A stretch of DNA of 64,000 nucleotides from Trichoplax sp. H2 (Eukaryota). The position numbers were made by a program, and so were the translations under genes. Where the stretch lies: contig NOWV01000190.1 of the NCBI GenBank assembly GCA_003344405.1, positions 1 through 64,000 of the forward strand. Reading direction: 5' to 3'. Shown here one piece after another: positions 40,601-53,999 of this stretch; within the stretch, counting starts at the first letter, position 1; each line of letters starts with the position of its first letter. A model generated the notes under the pieces. It saw only the letters and a program-made list of their open reading frames with translations, was not told the DNA's origin and did no database searches.

Positions 40601-41166
40601 AATAGCACTCATAGCTGATCACATCATAATTATACCTATTTGCTCTACTAACAATATCAAATTTAAAATAATTTAATAAATTAAACTGCTGTTACCGCCA
40701 TTACTCTTGTTCTTTGTTACTATTAGCTCAGAAAATCCGTCTGACGTTAGTAAACCACGCTCAACTGCTGATAGCGTCAAATGTAAGTTATATACATTAA
40801 GCAAAGATTAACCTGAATAAATTTCCTAAATTGCGCTATGGGCTGAAATTAATAAGTTAAATTATTTGTGTATTGCAGCTACAAGTCCGATAGGACCAGA
40901 TCCGTCTGGAAATATAACGCTTGAAAATGACGTAATTGTACCGATAGGAGATATTAACAAAGCTGAATACTTTGGGGAAACAAATCAGTATCCTGACACA
41001 CTTTAATTAATTTACGTAATAGATAAAAGACAATTATTATGCATTACAAATTGTCATTTTCCTTGATGATATTATTAATAGATATGTAGTATACAATCCT
41101 GGCCAGGTAAAGCTCAATTATGTTGTACAAGTAAAATTCGATTGGGTCGATATTTTAGAAGATTGA
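34621..41166 (+). CDS. Multi-exon divergent PARP1-like protein (PADR1/Zn3, BRCT, WGR-like, regulatory, ART fold) with degenerate catalytic site
   Basis: Spliced exons read LESCADGILFGAFKPCPIC...CYKC...CEYVT..WTIPEEFK (Zn3), SNLGGIFRDQISKYIDLCISN (BRCT), YHVIEDSNGIVYSVVLEKT (WGR N-part), SKLSYEIQKLLKLIFNVK / IDVAKLPLKNLT (regulatory), NRMLLWNGNR, YGKGVYFSD, GLLLLCEVALG, NQYVVYNPGQVKLNYVVQVKF (ART); stop TGA 41164-41166; ATG 34621 may not be the first exon; not every exon junction verified. Confidence 0.85.
38025..38576 (-). mobile_element. Solo-LTR-like insertion (family F, 552 bp) in a PARP copy 1 intron
   Basis: TGTGAT...ATTACA; perfect TSD CTATA (38020-38024 / 38577-38581); the equivalent intron of copy 2 (~48033-48128) is short and lacks it. 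Confidence 0.8.
40988..41081 (+). other. Putative U12-type (minor spliceosome) intron
   Basis: 5' GTATCCTG, branch site TTTTCCTTGAT ~15 nt before AG, no polypyrimidine tract; equivalent intron at 50327-50429 in copy 2. Confidence 0.7.
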
Positions 41167-44100
41167 ATGTAGTTGTAGACGGCTTAATCAATAGACTAAA
41201 TATTACAATTACTGTTGTAATATCATGATCAGTTTAAAAAATTATAAGTACACTGTAATGACCATTTATAGTACTTTGATAGGATTTTAGGTATTTAGTT
41301 TATACATACTAAACTATAAGAAAAATCTTCGACTTTAGGAATTGAGTAAGTCTTTTATACAACACTATTAGTATCGTAAAGCGCAAGTCTTACAATTTAT
41401 TAATCTATATGGACTAAAGTAGAAGTACTTTTCTAGCACAGCATACTTACACACTTCGAAAATCCTTATCTAGTCAGTTATAAAGCATATTTTTTTAAAT
41501 ACAGTAAAAAATTATTATCAATATATTTGATAATCCAGATGTAATGCACTTAAAGCTATGCCTAGATACAATATGGTAGACAAATAAGATGGAAATAGTA
41601 GAAAAACGTAGGAAAATATATTTGTAGGCATGTTTACCGGTGAATTTATGAGCTTTAAATTAATGATAGCAATAAAGAAAATAACTTTCTTCGTAGCTAT
41701 TTTTTCGAAAGTGAGTGAGGTCTTTGATAAAATAAAAAATTTGTTAAATAAATCTAAAGCTTCTTTTAGCTGTGACTATTTCTTTATATTTTAATTGTCC
41801 GAAGTTTTTTTTGTTGCGAAGCTGGGGTGGTGACAGCTCTGTGATCGATTTTTCTCTAAACTTAAATAATTATTAGATTCATGTATCTGAAGTAAATTAT
41901 TCTTGGCCGGAATTTTAGGAATCTATCATTGGCTAGCAAGCCAATGATAGTTTCAATTTTGTTAAGAATCTTACTTGATGCGAGCGATAGAAAATATACT
42001 ACGGTTTAAATGTAACTATCGTATTTTTAATCGTGCTGCTGAATAAGTTTTAAAAGGTATTTACTATACTGAAGCTGTAATAAATACTGTCAAATGTCAA
42101 ACACTTTTATCAATAAATAACTTCGATTAATATAAGTTTTCAATGTCATTTTTGCATTAGCTGATCTTTTTAAAGGTATATAACTGGGTCATTATTAAAT
42201 ATGTGTCTACTATCTAAAAGCAAAGGTAGATGAATCTGTAGTTAAAGTATATTTCATATAGGCTATTACCTAATCCAGAGCAGTTCTCAAGAATTTAGCT
42301 AACTATGATGGTTTGACTAGGTTGCAGTGACTGGAGGTACTTAGCAGCAATCAACTTTAAACTAGCTATACTTTTAATACAATACTTAAATGCTAACAAT
42401 ATTAAGAACTTTTAATAAGCTCCATGCTAACTAATTATATATATGATGATAGCAGCTCTGAGCAAGGACAGATTTACTACAAATTGTCACAACCCTCACT
42501 TATGGCAAAGATTTTGTAATGAACTCTAGTGCAAGTGCTATCTCTAACTCCGGCTACTTTCCCTTATTTTCAGTCTCTATACATATTTTAAAAGTTGCTT
42601 TAATAGATTTATACAATTACTAAATATGTAAGAGTAAGTCAACATTCTGGAAGTTAAGGTGTTCAAACACTCTTCCTTCATCTATATTCACGCTTTAATT
42701 ATAATATTATAGCCTAGCACACTTTACAGCCTTCCGTAAATTAACATGTAAGAATTTTTATATCACAATTCTACTGCCTAAGCATTAACTAATACATGCC
42801 TATTAAAACTAAATATTATAACACTTGACCTTATGCGGACTATTCTAAAATATTCATTATTTATTAATCAATAATCACTTGGCAAGTAACTCATTACTGT
42901 TACATCCTTGTAGTTGTAATAACTGCAAAAAAGGTTATCAATCGCTAAGTATTTCTATATTCAATGCAATTTGTTTTCGTGCATTGACATGGCGCCAAAA
43001 TTCTTTATAACTTCTTTAAATAAATACAATCATGGTTAAAGTACGCATGCTAAAGTTGTTCCACACCTAATGTTTTCTTATGTCATATGATTACCATTAA
43101 CTAAAATATGGAAAGCCTTCCGATTGTCTAAACTGCAAATTAATTAATGCTGCTCTCAGCGAACAATAGTTGCGGTTACGAAAACAATACCTTCTCCACT
43201 GCTATTTACTTTGGCCTCGTTGATATAAAAGCATAGCAGAACATGAACGTTCTCGTCCCATCATTTTAACAGTGTTAATATTATTATTGGGTTAGGATAC
43301 TCGCACAATCTTTATGACAGTCTTGATATTATTATTTGATTGGGATACTAGATATAAGATTCCACGTGTACTACAAGCACTTATATTCTAATTTGAGATA
43401 GCAGAAGAATAAACTATATTAGATAGTCATTTCAGATTGCAACAGCAAAGCTTATAACTAGAGAAAGTTACAAAAATTACTAATAGTGAGAGTGAATACT
43501 GTAGCAAATCGCTACTCAAATCTGCGTGAGTATACTATAACACTACAAGGTCTATCGTGCCATACTACTGTTTATACTGAAATATTTTACTCATCGTTAG
43601 TAAACAAGAGTACTTGTATTCAAATTAATCGCAAGTCGTCGGTCTTCTAGCAACATTTATTAATTATATATTACCAGTGCACTGGGTAACAGTTTTTTGG
43701 TGGCAATTTTTGGAGAGCTTCTCTAGACTAGATTTTTCTAAGATCTTGGGTGAGTAGACATAATGGTCGTGATAAAAACCACCTATTATTTGTTTATCAT
43801 CTGCTAAACTCGCACAGTTAGCAATAGCAGCAATGATTCAGAATTAAACTACTGTCTGTTACTATTACTATTACTTGGTTGTAGGTTAATAACAAATTCC
43901 ACTGTTATCATGCACTAATTATTGACTTTCTATCCATTTCACGACTTGACCACTTTTACAATAGAACTAAGACCTAGCTAACTTGTGCTGTAGCATTTCG
44001 CTATCATCAATGAGGCTATAACGTCCAATTAGCGATCATTCTATAATTAGTAGAGGTGAAAATCGTACGCGTACACTAAGTGCCGTTTCGCACGAAAAGC

Positions 44101-44577
44101 GATTACTAGAAAATTATTTATAGTGAAGCCCGTGAGATTCCATTACAACGGCAGCCATTAAAGTAGATATTTCGATCGGAAGTAAAGTAAGTAAGTCAAT
44201 AACCGTTTAGAACGGTAGCGATATTATGTCATTTCAAGATCTAGATTTAACCACGTTTCAGTCCTGAAATCGGTCCATACATTGAGGCTGAAAAATTTTC
44301 TGATACCGTACTTAAGGATAAATTTACACTATGCCAGTAGCATTGTCCATTACTTACTCAAGCATGCAGTTTTTTATCTCATTGTAAATCCATAGAACTA
44401 TTCTAAGTTTTACAGTAATTAATTCGTGATACTTCGCTAGGCCTAGTTCTGTAATATTTGATAATTCTACTTTTTACACCATTAAATTATAAAGAGAAAA
44501 ACATGTCTATGACGTGTGTTGTACAGGTTATCTGGCTCAAATTTTCTAGTTTTGCTGACTTCTAGATCTGACCAAAG

Positions 44578-47500
44578 ATGAAAAGAAAACAAGCAGTACA
44601 AAAAAGCCGTAATAAAGCTTAAACAGTCAAAACTTCAGAAAACGTGGATAGTAAATATGCTGAATACGAGGCAAGAAATCATGTCGATCAACTACTTAAG
44701 TTAGATGAGCTGAGTCTTAATCTCTTTAGTAGCTTTATCATTATTAACATATTATCAATCTTTAAATAAACTGCATGCTCAACTAGGAACAAATGATGTT
44801 GTTATGGGAAACAAGAAATAAGTTAAGGACTGAGTGCACTAAAGAAATGCTAAGAGAGATGCAATTTGCAAATTGTCGTACTACTTCATGTGAAGACACA
44901 GTAAGTTCAAAAATTATCATGAATTGATAATTAAGCATATTGAGCTATATCGTCAATGTGGATTCGATTGTATTTATGAACTGAGCATCAGCAATTGACG
45001 TTGAAATAGAACTTAGAAAGTTGTGCTGATGGTATCGTATTTGGTGCATTCAAACCCTGTCCAGTCTGTAAAAGGTCAAACGTCGAATTCAGGTAATGGA
45101 ATGTTTTTACAAACATATTAAGAACTTTACTACCTATACAGGACTTAAGAAGGGAATAATAACGTTATTGTCGTATGAGAATAGCTTTAGCTTTCATCTA
45201 AATGAATTTTAAGTTACTTTTTGTAAAAAGCTTTTCCTAGTAAATCATTTTGAAGCAATTATGAGTAGTAGATTGTTTCATTTCGAATAGATAATTAACT
45301 GTGATCAAAAATTAAATTTTAGCGAAGACACCAATCGCTACCAGTGTCTAACTTGGGTAGGTGATAATCTATGTAAATATGTAACCGATACGCCCAAAAG
45401 AACAGCCTGGACAATTCCTGACGAAATCAAGGCAAAATCTTCATTTCTGTAAGATGCACGACAAACTGTATGACATTTATCATACTTTATAAAAGAACTT
45501 ATGGAATACTTCTTAATAAATCTTGAAATATTACGTCAGTCATTTCTATTTAAATAAACGTCAAATCAAATGTTCGCATAAAGATATCTTTATAATCGTT
45601 ATTTCCTAATCAGTGCATGTTTCTGGTATTAATTGTAGCGCAAACTATCGTTACATTGCTCGTGATCGAATTCATTGCTGGGCCGATAAATCTTGTCCTA
45701 TTCCTTATGAAATGAGATGGAATATGTTGAGCAGGTATGACAAATAATCAGGTTGTAAGAAATACGTAATCTCCGTAAATAATTGTTGTAAAGGATAACT
45801 AAATAACATAATGTTCAAGAAATCATTCTGTCAAGATTTTTACCAAGATATAGCTCACAGATAGTTAGATTCTAATTTTGATAACAGCAGTTACTACCAT
45901 ACTAACTCAACAATTTGATTAACTTTTTGTAGATATTCTATTTTGAAGATAAAGCCATTAGGCAGCCTACGCATTACAGCTGTAGGCAAGCTTAAAAAGA
46001 GTAATGTAATGCAATTTGAGTACTAGATTTATTTATCTTTATTTACAAGTAAGCATTTGTATCGTACAAAGCCGAATTTAATAATATCCTATAATATTTA
46101 GGACAACATCAAGGAAAAAATAAGTAGCTTAGGAGGTATATTTTGTGATCAAATTTCCAAATATATCAATTTATGTATCAGTCAGCCTGGTTAGTAAACT
46201 ATAGCTATCAATAATTTTATTTCCTTTACATTGGCAGCATTAAGTCTGTTATCAGATTGCATCTTAGTTGTGATTGTATTTTGATTTAGAATCACTTAAT
46301 AAAGTCGAAAAACAGAAAATCGATAGTCTGGGCTTGCCATTAGTTTCGGATGAGCTCCTTGAAGTTATTAGAGATGGCAATCTGGATGAAGCTATATTAA
46401 AATATGGTATCAGCAATTGCACAACGGATAAGGCTAGAACTGTTTAATTGAAATAGGATAAAATAATTATATCTGTTTCACGTATGATATTTACTTAATG
46501 TTTCTGTTACTAGATATATTATATGTGTCTAATCATCAAATTTAATATATATTTCAGGTTGCAAATATTAAAAAAAAGAGGCAAGGTAAAATTGAACCTT
46601 TAGCAGCCGATTAATCCACAATACATATTATGAGATTAACTTCTTTTTTCCTTTGCTATCACTTTGTAGGATATTATTCAACAAATATTATTGATTTACG
46701 TGTAAATGGAAATGCAACCGTAGATCCCTATTGTGATATTATTTTTAATGCATAGATTAAATAACTTGGTTAAAAATAGCAGTTACTGATTGGGATAGAA
46801 ATCACTAAAAATCAAATAATCATGATATTTAACGAATTATTGCTACACATCAATAGACAAAATAAATCTACTCACGCCATGCTAAGTAAATTCGCCTCTT
46901 ACTAACTAAAAGGGACAAGATTAACTACCTCATAAAATAGATCAGTTCTAACGACCGAGAACTATAGTATCTTTATAGCGTCACTAAGCCTACGTATCGT
47001 AACAATCGTATAAGGCAAAATTATATTAGATAACTCGATTTATACGTAGGATTTAAATCTGTGAATTAAATATTTGATAGGCTTACAAGATGACTATCAT
47101 GTCATCGAAGATTCGAATAGGAACATTTACAGCATCGTACTTGAAAGGACCCCTTGCGAATTTCTTAAGATGCAGGCGCTAAAGCACAATCAATTGAATC
47201 AGTTGGTTACTCAATTTTTAGATATGATCTAATGCGAATTAAATCAACTCATTATATGACCGATTTTGCTTCCGGCTTCGTTTATGTACATGTCCTTTAC
47301 TGAATTTTATCTAGACATTTTATGTATTTATATTTAATAAAACCAATTATGTTATTTAAATAGCTGTTGTCTTGTCAAGATGAGAGATTATGAGACAGAC
47401 CGAGCTAAAATTAAAATTGAAATTCAAGTTAGAAATCAATCTCCTTCATTTTGTAGTGATAAAATATAATATGCTTGTTACAATTTTTATTCATTTGTAG

Positions 47501-50500
47501 AAAGAATTAAACAAAAACTATGCATCAATATGTTCATGTTTCCGTGTCAATCAATTTTAGGACGGACTTGCGGAAATAGAAGCCAAAATGGCTTTCGATG
47601 CTAAATACTTTAAAAAAACGGGTCTGTGTAGAAAGTGTATTATCTTTATCTTTTAAACAATGTATATTTATCTAATATTGATTCTTCTTTTTATAGGTTA
47701 TTCATTTACAAAAGAGACACGATGTAAGCGTATGGTACAAAAGTTTTATCCTATTGGTACTGCATACATTCCAGATGAGGTTTATAACGTCGTTAATTAT
47801 GGAACTATCGTGTAACCGTATATAGTACTTCAATAGTTATAGATTTCATTGTTGATTTGATTTATTGTAGTGTAAAGTAATATTTAGTTATTTATACATA
47901 GGATTCAGAAGCGATTAAATTAGATAATAAGATATCAGAGGCATTATGTAATAAAGTATGCCCCAAGGTTCAGAACTTACTGAAAGTAATTTTTAATGTC
48001 AAGTCGATTTCAGCCACTATGATGGAGCTTCAGGTATTAATGATCGCTCGAAATGCAAATTAGAAGCTTCTTACTAAACTACGAAAAACTTTATCAGATA
48101 TCAGATAATGTGGTAGCAATATTTATAGGTTGATGGAGCAAAATTGCCTTTGAATAATCTTACGGCTGAAAGAATAATGAAAGCAATAAAAATAATTCAT
48201 CAACTCGAAGCGGTTAGTTGTACTTTAAAAATTAATAATTTAAATTGTCCTGTCTTACGGTTTGGTTATAAAATTATATCGCTAATTGCTAGAAGATAAA
48301 TTAGATTATGCTAAAAAGTAATTTTTCTAAGCAACATAGTTATAGTAGATACAGTAGTCAAATAATTTTTTATACTGCTCAGCTTTCAACTAAAACTGAT
48401 TTAAAAAAGCAAGAAAGACTACGCAAGGTTACAAAGTTGAAGCAGAAATTTTATGGTATTCTTCCTATGGAATTAAGTGTTCATGGTTGTCGTGCGTTCG
48501 ATGACGTATCTGATATACGAGTAAATTTTATAGAGATATTATTATACTGAATTAAGAAACATTAATCCTTTATACGTATTTATTTAGCAGACATAAATTT
48601 AAATTTGCTTGTAAATAGAAAATTAAGATTATTAATGAGCATTTCTTTATCTTATACTTTGTTCTGTAGAAGATAAAAAATACGTTTAAGCATATTTTCG
48701 ACATTTCAGTAGCTTATGATCAGATTCAAAAAGTTGAAAATGTTAAAAAAGATCCAATTTACAAATTATATCAGAGCTTAAACACAGAACTAGAGGTATG
48801 TCATATGAATTTAAGCATAGAGACTTTAATTTTTGTTTTAGTGACTATAATTATATCTCAATTGAATTTACATACTTTATCTTGCATTTAAAACTCTTAA
48901 GCTGGTAGAAAAAGATAGTGAAGAATTTAATATGATTGTAGAATACGGTAGCAAAACCTGTGGAGCACCTAGAGAGCAGTATTACCAATTGAAAATTGAA
49001 GAGGTTGTTGACCTAATAATGTGATTTGTGAATTTGCGTTTTAAATATAGATAATGGAGTAACTCTTGAACAATTTGAGAAAGTAATTGTGTATATATAA
49101 CTTAATGAACAGATATATAAGATAAAGAATCATGAAAGCCACAAAAAGTACGAAAAATTTTACAGGTTGGGTAATCGAATGCTGCTGTGGAAGGGAAATC
49201 GTTTAATTAATTATGGTCGAATATTCAAAAAAGGTATCCAACCAATGGCAGCAATCGGCTACCTAAGCGTAAGTATGAAGCTTAGAATTTAAATTCAAAT
49301 GTATGAGCAAATGAAAATTGATTATAGTAGGCGGAGCAATAGCGTAAAGTATTACGAATTAGCTCTTCGAATAAAACCTGATAACTAAATGTAACGTAGT
49401 AGCGAGAAAAATTTCATTCTAATATAGCATTTAGTGATTTCAACTAATTACAGTAGTGTGTTGATATCAAGTCGATTAGATGAAGCAGCTATCGATGTAT
49501 TTAAAAAATTTTCTAAAATATTCGAAAACGTATTAATTTGCAATTTTAAATAACCATAATTGACATGAATAAACATTTCTATGTAGTGGAAAAATAATAA
49601 TTTAGAAAAAGGAATTGATTTCTCAGGTAGGTAGATATATTTCATTCTCTAAAATGTAGAATTTGTTCATACTATTGCATTCTGAGTGGAAAATATTTTT
49701 ATATTTTGAATATTTGCTGTAGATATGATGTGGAAGGTAATGAAACTCGTAACTTGCCTTCGTTAGAAATAATGACGATTCTCTAACATAAATCCAATCC
49801 AAATGTGTAGACTTAAAGCTTCAATACTCTTAACAAATCTTAATAGGCAGTGCTAGATTGCGAAGCTACTTATACAAATTCTACTGGATTACTATTACTG
49901 TGTGAAGTCGCCCTCGGCAGAACGTATGTCAATCATAAATACTGCAATTATAGTTGATCACGTGATATTTAGGCATATTTGCTCTTCTAGTATTATTGAA
50001 TTTAAAATAATTTAGTAATTCAAACTGTTGTAATCATCATTGCTCCTATTTGTTGCTACTATTAGCTCAGATGACCTGTCGGATGTTAATAAGACACACT
50101 CAACAGCTGATAGTTTTAAATGTAAGCTGCTTAAATTAAGCTAAGATCAACTTGAATAATTTATAGAAATGGTGCTTTGGCTTGCATTTATAAGGTATTG
50201 CTAAATTTATACTGCAGATATCGGTCAGGTAGGACCAGATCTATCTGGAAATATAATACTTGAAAATGAAGTAATTATGCCAGTAGGAGACATTGACAAA
50301 TCTAATTACTATGGGAACACAAACCAGTATCCTGATATACTATATGTTTGATATATAATTATAAAATGATTAAAGACTATTTTTATAGATATTATAAACT
50401 TTCATTTTCTTTGACGATATTGTTAACAGATATATAGTATATAATTCTAGCCAAGTAAAACTCATTTATGTGGTACAAGTCAAATTTGATTTCATCGATG

Positions 50501-50514
50501 TTGTGAAAGATTAA
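44578..50514 (+). pseudogene. Tandem PARP1-like copy 2, probably a pseudogene
   Basis: Exon-by-exon paralog of 34621-41166; in-frame TAA at codon 15 (44620-44622); donor GT>AT at ~46736; two GT>GC donors; catalytic region LLWKG / EKGIDFS / NQYIVY; stop TAA 50512-50514. Confidence 0.78.
46845..47004 (-). mobile_element. Fragment of family D element in a PARP copy 2 intron
   Basis: atcagttctaacgaccgagaactatagtatctttatagcgtca matches 21066-21114; absent from the copy 1 intron; boundaries approximate. Confidence 0.6.
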
Positions 50515-51027
50515 AATTAGTTGTAGTCAATATAATCAATAGAAACATTATTACAATTAGCGCAATAATACCGTGGTTAGTATTAAAATCGAAATTTGTG
50601 CACAATGTAATGTCGATTAAATGCACTTTGATCGAATCTTAGGCAATCAGTATATAATTACTGCAATTCGTAGGAAACCTTCAGTTTTAAGAGTAGAATA
50701 GGCCTTTGTTACAGAAACATCTTAAAGTACAAATCTTATAATTCATTAATTAATATGTATTAAACAGCAGCTACGTCCCAATACGGTGCATTTAATTACT
50801 ATAAAAACCTCTACCTATTCAGTTATATAGCTTATTATAACTAAATGTAGTTGAAGTATTATTAGCATTTTGATCATGTGGATGTTGCTGTTTTTTAATA
50901 CGAAGTCCAAAAACAATACTTTAGACAAGAAATGAGGAAAAAGTAGAATAATAAACAAAAAAATTGGGGGAGTTTTTTTTTTCCTAATAAATTTACGAGC
51001 TCTAAGCTAAGAATAGAAGTTAAGAAT

Positions 51028-51102
51028 TGTTACGGAGCTTGATGCTCTTTGATAGTTATATTATAATAGCTAGTAGTAATCTAAGATAGTAGAATTACTG
51101 TA
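51028..51102 (+). mobile_element. 5' end fragment of family C element at the PARP duplication breakpoint
   Basis: TGTTACGGAGCTTGATGCTC...ctagtagtaatctaagatagtagaattactgtaa is the reverse complement of 29450-29514. Confidence 0.7.
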
Positions 51103-51654
51103 AAAATTATAAATAAAATTGCAAAATACTTTCATGATAAACTTTATAGTAAACCAGTAATAATTATTAAAATTTAACGGTATAGTGCACATGAAGCTTG
51201 CTAAATTTTTATGCTATAGAGTGTTATTGAAGAATTTAGAGTAAGTGATAATTTTTAGCTAAAAGAAACACATTCCACGTCAATAGTATTATTACATTTT
51301 AGTAATAAACTTATTTACCACCATTTAAAATACGAGACCCAAACTAATTGAACTTTTCATGAGTGGAAAACAGTGATAACACGTTGCCTTTCTTTTCTGT
51401 ATGCTACCTTTAACACTAAGATATTCGAGTACAATCTAAAATCAAAATTTTTGTCCATTCAATATCTCAAAAAAGTTTAGCAAATACAAGATAGAATGAA
51501 AGGTATTTAGTATGGTTAACTAATTTTAAATCAGAATTATTCATATCAGGCTAGTATTGAGAAGTAAAGGCATATTTTATAAATAATTTTATCATTTTTT
51601 AAAATCGTCTACCAACTTTTAGGGATAAAAAGTTATTATTGGTTATTTCGACTT

Positions 51655-52661
51655 TTTATTAGCGATAAACTAAAACAAGTTCTAAATCTACGAATCAACA
51701 ATTTAAATTCATCTTTGAAATTGATGCTAGCAAAGTTATATAAAATAGATTCAATATACCAGGGATAAACATTACTACCGTAGTTACACGAAACAACATG
51801 GAATATTTAGAGACTAGCATATTGGTAAAATTTGGATTATAAGACTTTTGAAATGAAATCCAGACATAATTAAGAGCATAGGGTATAATGCCACAAGCAG
51901 AGAGCGTACTGATAATTAATAACGAAATTATACTTGAATTTCGTTTTTTAATAGTTTTTAACGTTTGTAATTTATATCTCGAGTTTTCGATTGGAAGATT
52001 TATATTGTACAATTTAATAATGATGCATGTATAGCATACAACGATGATCGAAGGGGGTAATAAAGAAGTTAATACGGCAAAAATTGCTGATGAAACTAAA
52101 CTGGGATCGAAATGAGTTTGAGAAAGTAATCCAGAGCAGTCAATTAAGTCTCGGTGATCATAATCGGTAACAAAAATGATTATTGTTGCACTTACAAGTG
52201 CAAAGAACCAGATGGCAATAATAATAAAGTTCATTTTATTTCTATTAATTGATCCAGTAAGTGAATGAATAATGCCGCTATATCTTTCTATTCTAATTGC
52301 AGCTAATGTTATCAATAAATTTGATATAGCTACTGCTGCAATAAAAATGGGTAATGCCGCAAAAGGTTCTTGACGTTATTACGCAGTGGTTGCCTTATAT
52401 CGGACAAAAAAATCATAGCTGACAGTGAAGATAATCATAATGCATCTTAAAATCGATGAACAGCCATAAAGAATATCAGCAAGCGCTAAATTTGCGATTA
52501 GAAGGAGAAAAGGTTGTCGAAGTCGTTTACTGTTTGATATGAGTGAGCAAACAACGATATTGAAGATTGTACTAATAATATTGACAAGCAAGACGCATAA
52601 AACCAAGTCGAAATGTTAATTAATGATTTGACCGCTGGTCGAAATTGGAGAAATTTGCCAT
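51655..52661 (-). pseudogene. GPCR pseudogene, close paralog of 4276-5280
   Basis: ORF pieces 52379-52606 and 51695-52315 are highly similar to the 4.3-5.3 kb receptor, with frameshifts after the N-terminus, in ECL1/TM3 and at NPILY. Confidence 0.92.
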
Positions 52662-53020
52662 ACTTGATAGTTGTAAAAGCTCTAACCCTATGTCTACCTT
52701 TGTAGATAATTTATAAGCTTGACAGAGAAGTTTAAAGTGCAAATATATCGATTTAAGGCCTTGGGATAACAAATATACGGTCGCAAAGTTATTTAAATTC
52801 CTAATCATACTTATATTTTTTGTATTATAAATAGATAATTAATCAATTAATCATCACACATGGTATAACCATGTCTAAAAACAACATTGTAGTCAACAAA
52901 ATTGTGCTAGTATTAATTTTATTATGTACTACTCAATCCACGATTTCTTAAAGATAAATAAACATTTATCCTTATCTTACTCATGGTAATCATTAATAGT
53001 ATGTAAAAATATTGAATATA

Positions 53021-53148
53021 GTTTGATTCGATTACAATAGAATAGGAATAAGTTTGTTTTCCCTTACTGAGGATCGCCAGAATTAGTTGGAGAACCATAA
53101 TAGTAGATAGACTAGATTAGTTGCGATCACGAAAGTTGTTTTGTGACA
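53021..53148 (+). mobile_element. 3' end fragment of family C element
   Basis: Matches the reverse complement of ~29095-29222; ends TTTTGTGACA; absent at the paralogous position ~5630. Confidence 0.7.
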
Positions 53149-53999
53149 GTCATTTTTTGTACTAGTTATATTTTGTAAGTTACTATAAGCTCCTACCGAA
53201 TTATAGTACTAATTGTAATTTATTCTTCCTAATGATAAAAATCATCGACAATTGTACTTTACAATAGCAGATTTTATTGGAGTAATTGAATTTTCGGGTT
53301 ACAAGCTATACACCGACATTATGTTTGTAGCTATACAAAGCTAAACAGCTACATTAATGAAACGAGTTAATCTCGTAACTGTAATTTACAGCTGCATTCA
53401 ATTAATTTCAATGTAAAGTTGCCCTGCGAAGCTGTTATGATTAGTCAACATATGTTTAACTTAACAAAATTTAATCAATGAAATCATGCTAATCATGAAC
53501 TCTAAACGTTCTTTAAGTAAGATGAAAAGGAAAATTAGCTACCAATGATTATGAACCTTAAGTATAAATGCTAGTTAGCCCATATTAAACCGTAACTTCT
53601 GCCCAACTCCAAATTTATTTGCATGACCAGATAACTTGCAATCAAGGGGCCTGCCGCCTATTCTTGTTTGCATTTTTAATTATCCATAATGTTAATTGAA
53701 ATCATCATGCGTACTTTATAATTATCAGTAGAATTGCGTAAATATGCTAAGCTGTTGAAGACATATTAATTACGTCATAAAATTAGTCAAATTCAGCATT
53801 TCAGAGGCATACAAGCTAGATTATTTTTAAAATAGAATATACGAATGAGAATAATACAAAGTAAGAGGGTAGTATCAGATTACTTATATTGAATTCTGAT
53901 CAAAAATTAGCTAAATCAAAATATCAATCTCTTAATGCAAAGAAAAAAAAATAATATATTAAGATTAAGACATCTCTTAGCCATTTTTATGCGATACAA

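Noticed and set aside
42485-42904. Possible additional TGTCACA...TGTTACA element between the PARP copies
   Set aside because: Flanks (CAAAT / TCCTT) form no TSD and no second copy was found in the window
51028-53148. GPCR copy captured inside one LTR element (5' and 3' family C fragments flank it)
   Set aside because: The duplicated host segment continues collinearly beyond 53148, so the 3' fragment is an insertion within the block, not an element boundary
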